A DNA stretch of 64,000 nt from an uncultured Chloroflexia bacterium (lineage in GTDB: Bacteria; Chloroflexota; Anaerolineae; CG2-30-64-16). Within the stretch, counting starts at the first letter, position 1; every line of letters starts with the position of its first letter. The notes under the pieces are model-generated. The model searched no databases. It saw nothing but the letters and a program-made list of their open reading frames with translations, and was not told the origin of the DNA. Below, one piece after another: positions 1 to 11,224 of the stretch. Both the position numbers and the translations under genes were made by a program. The DNA lies in the NCBI GenBank assembly GCA_963810095.1, contig CAWEMM010000006.1:224001-288000 (forward strand). The letters are read 5' to 3'.

Positions 1-64
1 CCGAGTACCGCGGCCGTCAGAAGGGTAGCACGGCGGGCGTCATTTAAATGCGGCGGCCGGCCTG

Positions 65-73
65 TGTTATACT
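65..73 (+). promoter_or_regulatory. Extended -10 promoter element (TGtTATACT) upstream of the SH3 lipoprotein cluster
   Basis: TGnTATACT about 120 nt upstream of ATG 194. Confidence 0.45.
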
Positions 74-193
74 TGGGAAGCGCGTTTTAACGTGCTGGTC
101 GTGCGGGGTCTTTGCACTCCCCGGCCCTGATGCTTCCCGTGCTTACCTCGGAGATACGACCTGGCGGGAAGAGACTAGAGAGGGACTATTACG

Positions 194-1379
194 ATGCACA
201 AGCGCACCCTCGCGGTGCTCTTGGGGTCGATACTGTTGCTGGCCCTGGGCGCGCTTGGCTGTTCGGCAACGCGGCTGGTTGCGCGCGCCCGGCGCCACCG
301 GCACGCCAACGCGAACCCCACGACCCACATGGACGCCGGCGGGCGGGGTGTTCCAGGTCGCCACACCGACCATCGATGCGACTCGTTTTCCTGCCGCTGC
401 ACTCACCAGCCAGGCGGTCAACGGTACGCCGCAAGTCTTCGTGCCCGGCGGCAGCGGGCCGATCTTTGTCCCGGTACCGCCGGGGGGCGGGGCCGCCGTG
501 CAGACGGTCGTCGTCGTCATCGTGACAGCAACGCCCCCGCCCGCGCCGACAGAAACGCCGGGCCCGCCGACCCTGCCGCCGCCTCCGACCCTGACGCCGG
601 GGCCGCCAACCGCGACGCCGACGAACACGGGTACGCCCTTGCCTCCCGTAACCGTCAAGGTGAAGGTTGACAAAGCGAATGTCCGACAGGGACCGAGCAA
701 CCTCTACCCGTTAGTCACCCGGCTCGATGTGGGCACGAATGTGACCGTCGTCGGCCGAAACCGCGGTGGCGACTGGTGGAAGATCTGCTGCGTGAACGGG
801 CAGGACGTCTGGATTGCCGACTCGGTCGTACAGGTGAGCGGCCCGATCTGGGCGGTCGCGGAAGTTGAGAATATTCCGCCGCCGCCGCCCACGGCCACCC
901 GGCGCCCGCCGACGCCGACCCCGGTGCCCACGCCCACGTACGCGTGGCCGTTTGCGCTGCAGGGCAAAGTCGAAGAGTACCCCAACGCAGGGAACAACTA
1001 CTTCCGCGTCGATGCCATCATCTCGAACGGCGCTACGCCGTTGTACGGCTACAAGCTTCGGGTGCGAAAGCTGTCGACCGGGCAGGAATGGCTGAGCGAC
1101 GGTTCCCAAACGTCCTGGTTCTGGGATGTCTTGCAGTACCCGAACGACGGCAAGCCGGTTAATGTCTCGGCCGAGTGCGCAGGCGGTCGTAAAGGGCTGC
1201 TGTGCGTGAAAAGCAATGAGAAGTGGGACAGTTCACCCCTCGGCGTCCAGCTTGGCGACGACGTGTGGGAGGTCACAGTGACCGATGGCGGGGGCACGCC
1301 GATTTCACAGCCCGTCCGTGTGACGACGAGCGCCTCCAATCCGAAGTGGTATCACATGAATTTCGTGGGCCGTCCATGA
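194..1379 (+). CDS. SH3b-domain lipoprotein with Pro/Thr-rich linkers (frame break near 287)
   Basis: ATG 194 with AGGGA SD; signal peptide with lipobox-like LGALGC; continues in ORF 48..1379 with SH3b motif ANVRQGPSNLY...GRNRGGDWWKICC...W. Confidence 0.75.
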
Positions 1380-2533
1380 GCGACAAGACCAGTTCCGGCA
1401 TCCCCCACGGTGGGCGCCGGCGGCTTGGGCTCGCACCGGCGATATTCGCAGTATTCCTGCTGGCCGCCGCAAGCCTGGCATGCTCGGTGGGGGGATCGCT
1501 AGGCAATTCCCGCGCGACTGCAACGCCCACGAAGGCGAGACGTGCGACCTTTACGCCGCTGCCCGGTGCGCTGGATGCGGCGTCGACCCCGGGCATCGTG
1601 GTGCGCGGGACGCTGCCGCCGGGGGTCACGGGTGCAGCGTCGGGTGCGGCCGTCCTGGCGGGCACCAGCGGCCCGGGAACGCCGGCCGCGGTGGCAATCG
1701 CAGGCGATACCAATCTCCTGATCTTTGCAACAGACACGCCTACGCCTACGTCCAGCCCGACGCGGCGGCCGCCCACATCGACGCCAATCGAAGCGCCCGA
1801 ACGGCCGCAGGGCGAGCCGACGCCCTTTGTCGTCATCAAGGCGGCCACGCTCAACGGCCGGCGGGGACCGGGGACCGAGTACGAGAAGGTCGGCCAGGCC
1901 AAGCAGGGGCAGGAGCTTTTCGTCCTGGGACGGACGGCGGACGGTAAGTGGATCCAGGTCTGCTGCCTGGCGAACCAGCCGGTATGGGTTTCAGCCGAGC
2001 AGGTCGAGAGTAAGGGCCGGCTCGAAACCGCTGCCATCCTGACACCGCCCCCTGCACCGCTGCCCACGCCAACCCGGCGGCCGGCCGCAGCCGTCCCGCG
2101 GACGGGACAGAGCCCGCTGACGCCGCCGGCGCCGGCGGGCACACCGCTGCCGCCGTTCGACATTGCCCGGGGCCCCGAGTATCCCATCCGGCGGGATAAC
2201 GGTGTGATGACCATCTGGACGAAGGTCTTCGAGGGCCCGGCCGACAACCAAAAACCGCTGGGGGACTATATCCTGAAGGTGTTCCGCGACGGCGTGGATG
2301 TCAGCGACAACGTGCCGTCGTTTGGCGACCGGCCGTTTGACAACACCGGCAAGTTCCAGGGCAATTACGATTACAACCTGAAGTTCGAGCTGAACGACGC
2401 GAGCGAATCAGATTACGAGATCTACCTCGCGCGCCCGGGCGGCTTCCGAGTGTCGCCCATTACCAAGTTCACGACCAAGGGGACCTCGTACCGCACCCTG
2501 GTCATCTACATGGCTTACTGGCTCGCGCGGTAA
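1376..2533 (+). CDS. SH3b-domain lipoprotein with Pro/Thr-rich linkers
   Basis: ATGA overlap with upstream stop; lipobox SLAC; SH3b motif LNGRRGPGTEYEKVG...GRTADGKWIQVCC. Confidence 0.8.
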   Translation: MSDKTSSGIPHGGRRRLGLAPAIFAVFLLAAASLACSVGGSLGNSRATATPTKARRATFTPLPGALDAASTPGIVVRGTLPPGVTGAASGAAVLAGTSGPGTPAAVAIAGDTNLLIFATDTPTPTSSPTRRPPTSTPIEAPERPQGEPTPFVVIKAATLNGRRGPGTEYEKVGQAKQGQELFVLGRTADGKWIQVCCLANQPVWVSAEQVESKGRLETAAILTPPPAPLPTPTRRPAAAVPRTGQSPLTPPAPAGTPLPPFDIARGPEYPIRRDNGVMTIWTKVFEGPADNQKPLGDYILKVFRDGVDVSDNVPSFGDRPFDNTGKFQGNYDYNLKFELNDASESDYEIYLARPGGFRVSPITKFTTKGTSYRTLVIYMAYWLAR

Positions 2534-2540
2534 GAGACTG

Positions 2541-2608
2541 ACCACAAAGACACCAAGACACTAAGGTTCGCAAAAAGCAGGCGCTCTGTGCCTTCGGGTC
2601 TTCGTGGT
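2541..2608. repeat. 8-nt-periodic inverted repeat element (ACACAAAG family), copy 1
   Basis: ACCACAAAGACACCAAGACACTAAGG ... CTCTGTGCCTTCGGGTCTTCGTGGT, 7 nt after a stop codon. Confidence 0.8.
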
Positions 2609-2651
2609 GCGATCGGAACAACGTTACCCACACTATCCAGGAGGAAGAACT

Positions 2652-3620
2652 ATGCGTGCGCGCATTTGGGCGCTCATCGCCGCGCTGCTGGTGCTAGTGG
2701 CGCTGGCTGGCGGGTTAGCAGGCTGCAGCAGCGGCCGTGTCGCCCGCGGCCCAGCCAACACTCCGGCGCCGACGAAGACACTCAGACCTACCTTCACCGC
2801 AACGGTCCTCAAACCCACCGTCACCCCCGGCCCCCAGGCGGGTCAAGCGAGCGGCGAACAGGCGCCCGCGGGTCAAGGACAGGCAAGCAATCCCACGCCT
2901 GTTCCGCCCACGGCGACGACCGTGCCGCCGACAGAAGCGCCGAGCCCCACCCCAGAGCCGGCGGCATTCACGGTCAACAGCGCATCCATTAACGTGCGCA
3001 GCGGGCCGGGAACGACGTTCCCCACCCTGGGCCGCCTGACTCAAGGCCAGTCATTCCCCATTACCGGCAAGAGCGAAGACGGCGACTGGTGGCAGTTCGA
3101 CTATAACGGCAAGTCGGGTTGGGTGGTGGCCACGAACGTCGCTGTTACTGGTGCAGACTCGGTGGAGGTGGCGCAGAACGTGCCACAGCCCCCGACTGCC
3201 GCGCCGCGACCCACCGCTCGACCGGCCGCACCGCGGCCCACATCGCCGCCCGCGCCGCCAGCGCAGCCCCCGGCGTCGGCCAAGAAGTTTGCGGTCAGCG
3301 GAACGGGCTTTCAGCCCAACAGTAACGACTACGTGACCGTCTACTGTCTCGCCTTCAACAGCAACGGGTCGTTGGCATCGGGGAAGATGCGCCTGTTGCG
3401 TGACGGCCAGGTTGTCGGCACCGCGGACTTTCGGGCCGAGGGCACGTATTACCTGACCTCCGGCTACAATGCCGGCTGCAAAGTCGAGACCTCGCCCGCA
3501 GTCAACGGTACGTATACGGCGGTGCTGGTGGAAGGCGACCAGGTCGTTTCCGACCCAATCACCTTCACGATCAACGGGCCGGAGAATCGAGTCCAATTCG
3601 CAGCGTGGAAAGCGAGGTAG
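2652..3620 (+). CDS. SH3b-domain lipoprotein with Pro/Thr-rich linkers
   Basis: AGGAGG SD; lipobox LAGC; SH3b motif INVRSGPGTTFPTLG...GKSEDGDWWQF. Confidence 0.85.
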   Translation: MRARIWALIAALLVLVALAGGLAGCSSGRVARGPANTPAPTKTLRPTFTATVLKPTVTPGPQAGQASGEQAPAGQGQASNPTPVPPTATTVPPTEAPSPTPEPAAFTVNSASINVRSGPGTTFPTLGRLTQGQSFPITGKSEDGDWWQFDYNGKSGWVVATNVAVTGADSVEVAQNVPQPPTAAPRPTARPAAPRPTSPPAPPAQPPASAKKFAVSGTGFQPNSNDYVTVYCLAFNSNGSLASGKMRLLRDGQVVGTADFRAEGTYYLTSGYNAGCKVETSPAVNGTYTAVLVEGDQVVSDPITFTINGPENRVQFAAWKAR

Positions 3621-6600
3621 GCGGTAATGCGGGCCGCCGTGTACCGGCCCGCATTACCGGCACGTTCGGTTCCAACGTAGCCCGGCGGGAAGGCCTGATT
3701 GTCCCCGCCGGGCTTGTCCTGTCGTTCACGCTCCTCGGCCTGCTCCTCCGGCTCCTCCGGCTTGACTTCCAGCCACTCTGGTGGGATGAAGGCTACTCGG
3801 CCTGGTTCGCCACCCATCCTCTCGGCGACATGTTCCGCCTTACCGCCGAAGACATCCATCCCCCGCTCTACTATGCCCTGTTGCACGTGTGGACGCTCCT
3901 GGCAGGGGCCGGCCCGGTGAGCCTGCGCCTTGTCTCGGTCGCGGCAGGGGTTGCGGCGATCCCCCTCATGTATGTCGCGGCGTCGCGCATCCTGGCCACG
4001 CGACGAGCCGGGCTGCTCGCTGCGTTTCTGGTTGCGATCAATCCCCTGTGGGTCTACTACAGCCAGGAAGTCCGCATGTACGGCCTGGTGGCGCTGTTGA
4101 GCCTGGGGGTGCTGTGGGCTGCGTGGGAGGTGATGAGGAGTTCGGGTGACGGCGCCCTTCGACTGCGCTCCTTTCAGTCGCTCCGCTCAGGACGCCCAGC
4201 GGCAGCCGCCGCCTACGTCGTCCTCACCACCCTCGCGCTCTACACCCAGTACTATGCGATTTTCCTGCCCATCGCACTGACGCTCTACGCGCTGTGGCAC
4301 TGGCGCAGGGAACCCCGCCGCCTGCTCGGCTGGCTCGGGCTGCAGGCCGCGGTCGCACTGCTCTACCTGCCCTGGGTCATCTACGCCGGGCCCCGTTTGA
4401 CGCTCTACGTGAGCCAGAAGGTGGTGATGGACGCGGATCGCCCGCTTGGGCTGGCGGCCTACTTCGGCCGGCACCTGGCTGCGTTCGCCGCGGGACACCT
4501 GGAAGGCAGTTTGACACCCTGGTGGCCGCTCGCGCTGCTGCTGCTTGCGCCGGTTGCTGCAGGGCTGGCCGTTTGGGCCGCGCGGGCTGGAAGGGGAAAC
4601 GCGAAAAGGCCCGCCGCGCCCGGCGAAACGACGAAAGACGAAGCGCGAAACACACCGAGTCCGAATGCGGTCGGGCTGCTCGGCACAGTCTTCCTGACTG
4701 CGCTGTCGCTAGGGTGGCTGATCGGGCTGCGTTTCCCATTCTTCCCGGACCGCGGCGAGCGCTTATTGCTGCTGGCCTTGCCGGCGTTCATCATGCTCGC
4801 GGCGGCGGGGCTCGATGCACTACTGGGCGACAAGACCTTCGGGGTTTCGCGAACCCCGAAGGTCTCCCGCCGTGCGCGGTGGGCCGCCTACGCGGGCCTC
4901 GCCCTCTTCATCAGCGCCTCGGTCGCCAGCCTGATCGCGTTTTACACCGTCCCCCGTTACCCCGGCGACGACTACCGGCCGTTGATCGCGAGGGCGGTGG
5001 AGCAGGGGCTGCCCGGCGACACGTTCTTCGCTGTGTACCCGTGGCAGGCCGGCTACTGGCGCAGCTACGCGGGCACGACCGATGGGCCCGAGGTCGTGCT
5101 GACACCCGACGCGGCCTGGGGCTCGGCCGTGCAGGCTGCCCTCGACAGCGCGCTGCGAGCGCGGACGGGTCTGGTTCCCCGCACACCTGGCGCTCGGCGC
5201 CATCCTCGAAACGCAGATCGAGCAGCACCTGGCTTCACGTGCGATCCCCTTCGGCAACACCTGGTACGGGACGGGAACGCGGCTGCAGCGCGTGGGCGGC
5301 CGGAATCCCCGTCCGTGCTGCGGAACCCGCCTCTGACGGCGCGCCCATCGTCCGGTACGAACTGCCCGGCGGAGTACAGCTGGACCTCGCGGCCGTCGCC
5401 TCGCCCACCGGTCCGGTGCCCGCTGCAAATGGCGTCGCGCCCATGGAGTTGGCCTGGAAGGCAAACGGGCCGGTTCCCGAACTTGCGGTGAGCGTGCGCC
5501 TGGTAGACGACCTGGGGCAAATCTGGGCGCAGAACGATTATGAGCCGCTCGGCGCGGTGGCGGGCGCAGCAGGTGGTGCGCTCGGAGCCGGACGGACTCA
5601 AGCCGTCGACCGCTTCGGCTTGCTCATTCCCGCGGGGACCCCGCCGGGCTCGTATCGCGCCGAACTCGTCGTGCGTCCGAAAGATGACGACCGGCCGCTA
5701 ACGGGGTTCAAGCCCGGCGCCGGCCTCACGAGCGCCGCGCCCATTCTGGCCGTCGAGGTCGCGCCCGCCGACCGCACGCTGGCGCCCGACCGTCTGCCCA
5801 TCGAGAACAGGGATGCGGTCGATCTGGGAGATGGGCTGCGCTTCCTCGGCTATACCGTCGATCGCACGCCGTTAGCGCCCGGCGCGCTGCGCCGCGTCAA
5901 CCTGTTCTGGCAGGCAAGCGGCCAGCCGAGCACAGACTATACCGCGTTCGTCCAGTTGCTGGGCCGGGACGGCGTCCCGGTGGCCGCGTGGGAGGCCGCG
6001 CCGGGGGGCGCCTATCCAACGTCGCAGTGGGCTCCGGGCACGCTGATGCGGACGCAGGCCTACCTGCGTGCCGGTGCGCCGAAACCCCGGATGGGCGCTA
6101 TCCGTTGGTCGCTGGGCTCTACCGGGTGGCCGACCGCAGCCGGCTGCTGACTGCGGCCGGCAAGGATGCGCTCGATCTCGGCTCGTTGGCCGTCAAGGGC
6201 CGGCCGCACGAAATGGAGGCAAGCAAGGTTATTCCTGCCGGCGCGGAGCCGCAGAATGCGGTCTTCGGCGAGGTGGCGCGGCTCGTTGCGTCTGCCGGCC
6301 TGTCGCCGGTTCTCGATCCTGCCGAACCAACACGGCTCACCCTCTACTGGCAGGCGCGGGGCGCAACGCAGGCTCCTTATACGGTCTTCGTCCACCTGGT
6401 CGACGAGGAGACTAATGCGGTGATCGGCTACGGCGATGCCGAGCCGGGCAGCGGCGCTTATCCGACGACGGGGTGGGTGCAGGGCGAGCACCTGGCTGAT
6501 GCACACACGGTCACCTTTGCTGCCGAGCAGGCACGCGGCCGGCCCGTTCGCATCGAGATTGGCCTGTATGACCCGGCGACGGGGCAGCGCCAAATTCTGC

Positions 6601-6650
6601 CCGATGGCGCGGATTCGTTCGTGCTGTGGCGCGGGCGCTTCGGTGGCTGA
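3605..6650 (+). CDS. GT-C membrane glycosyltransferase (GT39/GT83, PMT/ArnT-like) with three C-terminal beta-sandwich modules; frame breaks near 5157-5290 and 6075
   Basis: Motifs LWWDEGYS, DIHPPLYY, YYSQEVRMY; many TM helices; pieced from ORFs 3605..5491, 4294..6150 and 5988..6650; start uncertain. Confidence 0.75.
4155..4193. repeat. REP-like element inside the CDS (CCCTTCGACTGCGCTC...CGCTCAGGAC)
   Basis: Translates as ALRLRSFQSLRSGR in an inter-helix loop; resembles the segment at 11890-11920 in rlmN. Confidence 0.45.
4833..4865. repeat. Perfect 33-bp palindrome (14-5-14) in frame inside the CDS
   Basis: AGACCTTCGGGGTT-TCGCG-AACCCCGAAGGTCT, encoding KTFGVSRTPKVS. Confidence 0.85.
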
Positions 6651-9066
6651 GGCGCCGACGATGGGAGTGTCAGAGGTGGCCGCGCCCACCGGAGAAACCC
6701 CGGCCGTTCGGGCCCGCCGGCTGGAGTGGGTGTGGCTGCTCGTCCTGTGCATCGCGCCGCTCCTTATCGTGGCGCTGACCCAGGACATTGGCGCGCATGC
6801 CTACGATGCAGCCGTCGAACATATCCAGCGCGGCGTGGCCTTTTCCGACGTGATCTCGGACGGAGTACTGTATCCCCGCTGGTCGCAGGCGCTGCACTGG
6901 GGTCTGGGTAGTCCCCTTTTCACCTTCCAGCCGCCGCTCCCCTACTACGGCCTGGACCTGCTGTTCCGGCTGGGTCTGCCCCATTCGCTCGGCTGGCGTT
7001 GGCTGATGGCAGCAGGTTATGCGCTGGCGTTCCTCGGGGCTTACCTGCTCGTCCGCGAACTGGGCGGGCGGCGCTGGCCCGCGCTCGTGGCCGCCGTCGC
7101 CTACGCCTACGCGCCTTATGTGATTCGTAACGGGCTCGAACGGGGCTCTAATGAAGCCTACAGCATGTTCCTGTACCCGCTGGTGCTATGGAGCCTGCTC
7201 GTGCTGGCGCGGCGGCAGACGGTTGGCCGGTTCCTACTCGCCGTGGTTATTTGGGCCGTCTGCATCGGTTCACACGTGCTCGGGCCCTTGATGCTGGCGC
7301 CGTTTGCCGGGTTGATGGCCCTGTACCTTTGGTGGCGCAAGGGCACGCCCGCGCCCCTGCTCGCGCTGCTTGCCGGCGGCCTCCTGACCGCGTTCATTTG
7401 GGCCCCCATGCTGCCCGAGGAGCGTTGGGTCCACGTCGAGCGGGATTTCAGCCAAAAGGAAGCGATCCCAGCTAACAACCCGATGGCGCTGGCGGACCTG
7501 CTGGGGCCGCCGGCAGTCTATGACGTCGCGTTCGACAACAACAAGACGGGCGACCGGGTGGGGCTGGCGCAGACGGCGCTCCTGCTTGCCGGCGCGCTCG
7601 CCGTGCCCTGGGCCTGGCGGAAGAACCGCCGGATCGCCGTTGCGTTGGCGGCCGCATCGCTCACCGGCCTATTCCTGTTCTTCCTGTTCACGCCCGCATC
7701 CGATGGGCTGTGGTGGCTGGGCGGCTCTGTGGCAAGCCGGCTGCTGTACCGGACGCGCCTCATGGGCTTGCAGGCGCTGGCCGCGGCGATCACGGCGGGC
7801 CTGTTGGTGGCCTTGCTCCCCCGGCGCGGCCAGCGCATCGCCGGGGCGCTCCTCGTCGCACTCCTCGTGGTCGTGGCGCTGCCATCGCTGTACGTGCAGT
7901 ACCAGCACCGCTACGCGGATTTCAGCCGGCCGCCCGACCTGGCCGGCGTGCGTGCGATGGAGATCGAGCACGGGGGCCGCGCGCTGACCGCGTTCGGGGA
8001 GTTCGAGCCGAAGTGGCGCACGCTGCCCTTCGACCGGGCGCTGCTAGACGAGCTCGGCCCGGAATTCGATGCGCAGGCGCGTCCCCTGGCCGGCCAGCCG
8101 AACGGGATCGAGGTGATCCGGGCGGACGTGCGCAACCAGTCGTGGGATCTCGCGCTTCGGGCGACTGCGCCCGCGACGGCGACGCTGCACCTGCTCTATT
8201 ATCCCCGGTGGCAGGCCGTGCTCGACGGTAAGCCGGTGGCGCTCGGGCCGCAGGCAGAGACGGGCTATGCCCAGGTCGCGGTGCCCGCCGGCGAACATCG
8301 CCTGGTGCTCTCCTACGGCTTGACGCGTTCCGAAACCGCGGGGCTGATCATCAGCGCGGCGACACTGCTCGTGCTGGTGGCCTGGGCCATCTGGGCCACG
8401 GTGCGGAGGAGACGGCAGGCAGGGGACCCGACGAGGACGGCCGGAAGTGCCGGGGATTCGGCCTTACAGCCTCGATCGCAGGGCGCATCGCTGCGCGCAG
8501 GCCCCCGAGCCGCGGCCTGGACGCTGACCGGCCTGACCCTCCTGCTCGTGCTGAAGGCCGGCGTCATCGACCCACAGACCACCCTTCTCAGGCGCAGCAG
8601 CACGTGCGAAGCCGTCGCGGGCGCGACGGAGGTCGCGGTCCGATTTGGCGAACAGGTGCGGCTGTGTGCCATGAGCACCGTGCCGTCCTCGGTCGAGCCG
8701 AACCAGCGGCTGACCACCACCCTCTATTGGACGATCGACGCACCGGTGCAAGAGCGCCTCGTGAGCTTTGTCCACTTGCTCGGCACCCAGTTCAACCCCG
8801 CGACCGGGACCCCACTTTGGGGGCAGGTCGACACGGAGGCGCCCGCCGGCCTGCCGGTCGAAAAATGGCTCCCCGGCAAGCTGTACCGGGATGAGTACTC
8901 GTTCGACGTCGCAGACGGCGCGCCACCGGGACCCTATCAGCTGGAAATCGGCTGGTACCCCGCCGGTTCCGGATCGCGAATCGCCCCGGTGATCGAGCGA
9001 CCGGCCCCCAACCTCGGCGTGTCCGACCTGGACGCGCTGTTGGTGCAGGGGCCCGCCGTGAAGTAG
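6643..9066 (+). CDS. Polytopic GT-C-like membrane protein (PTPS-related/YfhO-like) with C-terminal beta-sandwich module
   Basis: GVLYPRWSQALHWGLGSPLFTFQPPLPYY and AYAYAPY motifs; YYPRWQAVLDG...VPAGEHRL YfhO-like segment; start GTG 6643 or ATG 6661. Confidence 0.7.
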   Translation: MAEAPTMGVSEVAAPTGETPAVRARRLEWVWLLVLCIAPLLIVALTQDIGAHAYDAAVEHIQRGVAFSDVISDGVLYPRWSQALHWGLGSPLFTFQPPLPYYGLDLLFRLGLPHSLGWRWLMAAGYALAFLGAYLLVRELGGRRWPALVAAVAYAYAPYVIRNGLERGSNEAYSMFLYPLVLWSLLVLARRQTVGRFLLAVVIWAVCIGSHVLGPLMLAPFAGLMALYLWWRKGTPAPLLALLAGGLLTAFIWAPMLPEERWVHVERDFSQKEAIPANNPMALADLLGPPAVYDVAFDNNKTGDRVGLAQTALLLAGALAVPWAWRKNRRIAVALAAASLTGLFLFFLFTPASDGLWWLGGSVASRLLYRTRLMGLQALAAAITAGLLVALLPRRGQRIAGALLVALLVVVALPSLYVQYQHRYADFSRPPDLAGVRAMEIEHGGRALTAFGEFEPKWRTLPFDRALLDELGPEFDAQARPLAGQPNGIEVIRADVRNQSWDLALRATAPATATLHLLYYPRWQAVLDGKPVALGPQAETGYAQVAVPAGEHRLVLSYGLTRSETAGLIISAATLLVLVAWAIWATVRRRRQAGDPTRTAGSAGDSALQPRSQGASLRAGPRAAAWTLTGLTLLLVLKAGVIDPQTTLLRRSSTCEAVAGATEVAVRFGEQVRLCAMSTVPSSVEPNQRLTTTLYWTIDAPVQERLVSFVHLLGTQFNPATGTPLWGQVDTEAPAGLPVEKWLPGKLYRDEYSFDVADGAPPGPYQLEIGWYPAGSGSRIAPVIERPAPNLGVSDLDALLVQGPAVK

Positions 9067-9113
9067 CCCGTCTTCAATTTATTAAGTTCATTCTTATTCA
9101 AAGCACAAATATC

Positions 9114-9142
9114 TTGAATTGACCTCCTGTTCGTGCTATGAT
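9114..9142 (+). promoter_or_regulatory. Sigma70-type promoter TTGAAT-17-TATGAT with extended -10 and AT-rich upstream tract
   Basis: TTGAAT 9114-9119; TGcTATGAT 9134-9142; AT-rich 9072-9120. Confidence 0.65.
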
Positions 9143-9259
9143 CCGCGCACGGCAAGGGCCTGTTGTTTGAGGACGTTGTTGACGAGTCCCGGGCGATGGC
9201 CAGCGTCCCAAGACCGGCCGTCATCGCGAGCCGCTGAATCGAAACAGGGAGGTCGTGTT

Positions 9260-11133
9260 ATGTGGAGAGAACCGCGCTCGAATCGAAGCACCCTCGCAAC
9301 CTTGTTGCTTGTCGCCTTACTGCTGGCGATAGGCGTCGTCCCGGCGGCCGCGCAGGACGGAGGGCCTGCGGTGCTGCAAGTCGATCCTCAAGCTCGTGTC
9401 GCTGCGGGTGTGTACCAGAATCCGCTACGGGCGGCGATCCCCGGAGACGGTGTCGTCGAAAGCTGTGCCGACCCGTCGATCATCCGAGGGCAGACACCCG
9501 ACGATCCCTACTGGTACGTTTTCTGCACCACGGATCCGCTGAACTCGGCTGACCGGGATGCCAACGGCAACTTCAACTTCCACCTGATGCCAATCCTGCG
9601 CTCGCTCGACCTGGTCAATTGGACGTATATGGGCGACGTATTCAGCGCACGACCGGCCTGGGCGGCCGGGGATGCCGGCCTGTGGGCGCCCGACATCCAT
9701 TACTTCAACGGACAGTATTACCTCTACTTCACCGCTTCCTGGACGTCTCTGCCGGGCGGCGGGAGCGCGATCGGCGTCGCCACTGCGCCTTCAGCCCTTG
9801 GGCCCGTGGGTCGACAGCGGCACGCCTGCGGTCGAGCCGCATGCGCCGCCCTGCTGCGCCAACGACAAGCGTTGGGTGTTCGACCCGGCGCTGATTACGG
9901 ACGATGCGGGCCAGACCTGGATCTTCTACGGCAGCTACTTCGGCGGCATCTCGGCGCGGAAGCTGTCCGCGGACGGCTTGCACTCGGACCCCGCTTCGCA
10001 GGTGCAGATCACGAGCTCAAACAAGTTCGAAGGCGCGTTCGTGGTCAAGCGAGGCGGCTTCTACTACCTGTTCGCCTCCGCGACGGCCTGCTGTAACGGC
10101 CCGCTGACCGGTTACAGCGTTTTTGCCGGTCGTTCGGAGGCCGTCACCGGCCCGTACGTCGACAAAGAAGGCGTGCCCCTGCTTGATACACCCGCGACGG
10201 CCGTGTGGGCGGCACGCCCGTCCTGACGATGAACGGCAACCGCTGGGTGGGGCCGGGACACAATGCCGTCTTCACCGACCTGTCGGGGCAAGACTGGACG
10301 GTTTACCATGCGGTGGACCAGAATGACCCGTTCTTCGAACCCGGCTTCACCAAGCGACCCGCTGCTGATGGACCCGCTGGACTGGGTTGGCGGCTGGCCG
10401 CAGGTGCGCGCGGGGCGTTGGGCGTCCGACATGCCGATGCCTGCACCGGCTGCGCAGCCTGGCAGCATCTCCTTCTACCGGCCATCTCCGCCGCCGCCGC
10501 TCGTCGCCGGCCCGCAGATACCGCGTGCTGTCAGACGAGTTCGACGCGACCGCGCTCGGCCCCAGTGGAGCTGGGTGCGGCAGCCCGATCCCGCAACGTA
10601 TCGACTGGAGAATGGGGTGTTTAGTTTCGACACCCAAGCCGCCGACCTCTACGTCGACAGCAATAACGCCTCGGTGTTGACCGAGCCCGCGCCCGGGCGA
10701 TTATGCCGTGGAAACGAAAGTGCGCGTCACCTGGCCGGCCGGCGGCTGCTGCTTCAACTACGTGCAGGGCGGGCTGGTCATCTACGGCGACGACAACAAC
10801 TTCGTCAAGCTGGTTTCGTTCGCCAACTGGGAGACGCGGCAGACGGAATTTGCGAAGGAAGTATTCCCGGTGCCAGACGGCTACCCGCGGTACGGCAACA
10901 CCATCGTGGGCCCGCCCGGCGACTGGACCTGGCTGCGCATCGTCGTGCGGCGCCAGCTCACCGGGGGGCAGTCGTACCAGGCTTACACCAGCCGGGACGG
11001 CGAGCACTGGGTGCGCGGGGGTGTGTGGACGCATAACCTGGGCCGCGATGCCAAGATCGGCCTGGTGTCGATGGGCGGCAGTGGGTTCAGGAGCGAGTTT
11101 GATTACGTGAAGGTCTATCGGGTGATGCGGTAA
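9260..11133 (+). CDS. Secreted glycoside hydrolase family 43 (arabinanase/xylosidase-like) with C-terminal beta-sandwich domain; at least 5 frame breaks
   Basis: GGAGG SD; signal peptide; GH43 motifs ADPSII, LWAPD, FDPAL, EGAFV, GPGHNAV spread across ORFs 9119, 9672, 10205, 10263 and 10708. Confidence 0.8.
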
Positions 11134-11140
11134 TCGAATG

Positions 11141-11224
11141 GGACGCTGATTGAACTGATGAAGCTAATCCACCTGCGTCTATGCACCATCAGGCGAATCA
11201 GCTTCATCGGCCAAGTCTGCGTCC
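11141..11224. repeat. 9-nt-periodic imperfect inverted repeat between convergent genes
   Basis: GGACGCTGAT-TGAACTGAT-GAAGCTAAT ... ATCAGCTTC-ATCGGCCAA-GTCTGCGTCC. Confidence 0.6.

Noticed and set aside
9260-11133. GH43 and other broken genes as pseudogenes or programmed frameshifts
   Set aside because: Catalytic motifs are intact, I saw no slippery heptamer plus hairpin at these breaks, and essential genes show the same breaks, so sequencing error is more parsimonious.
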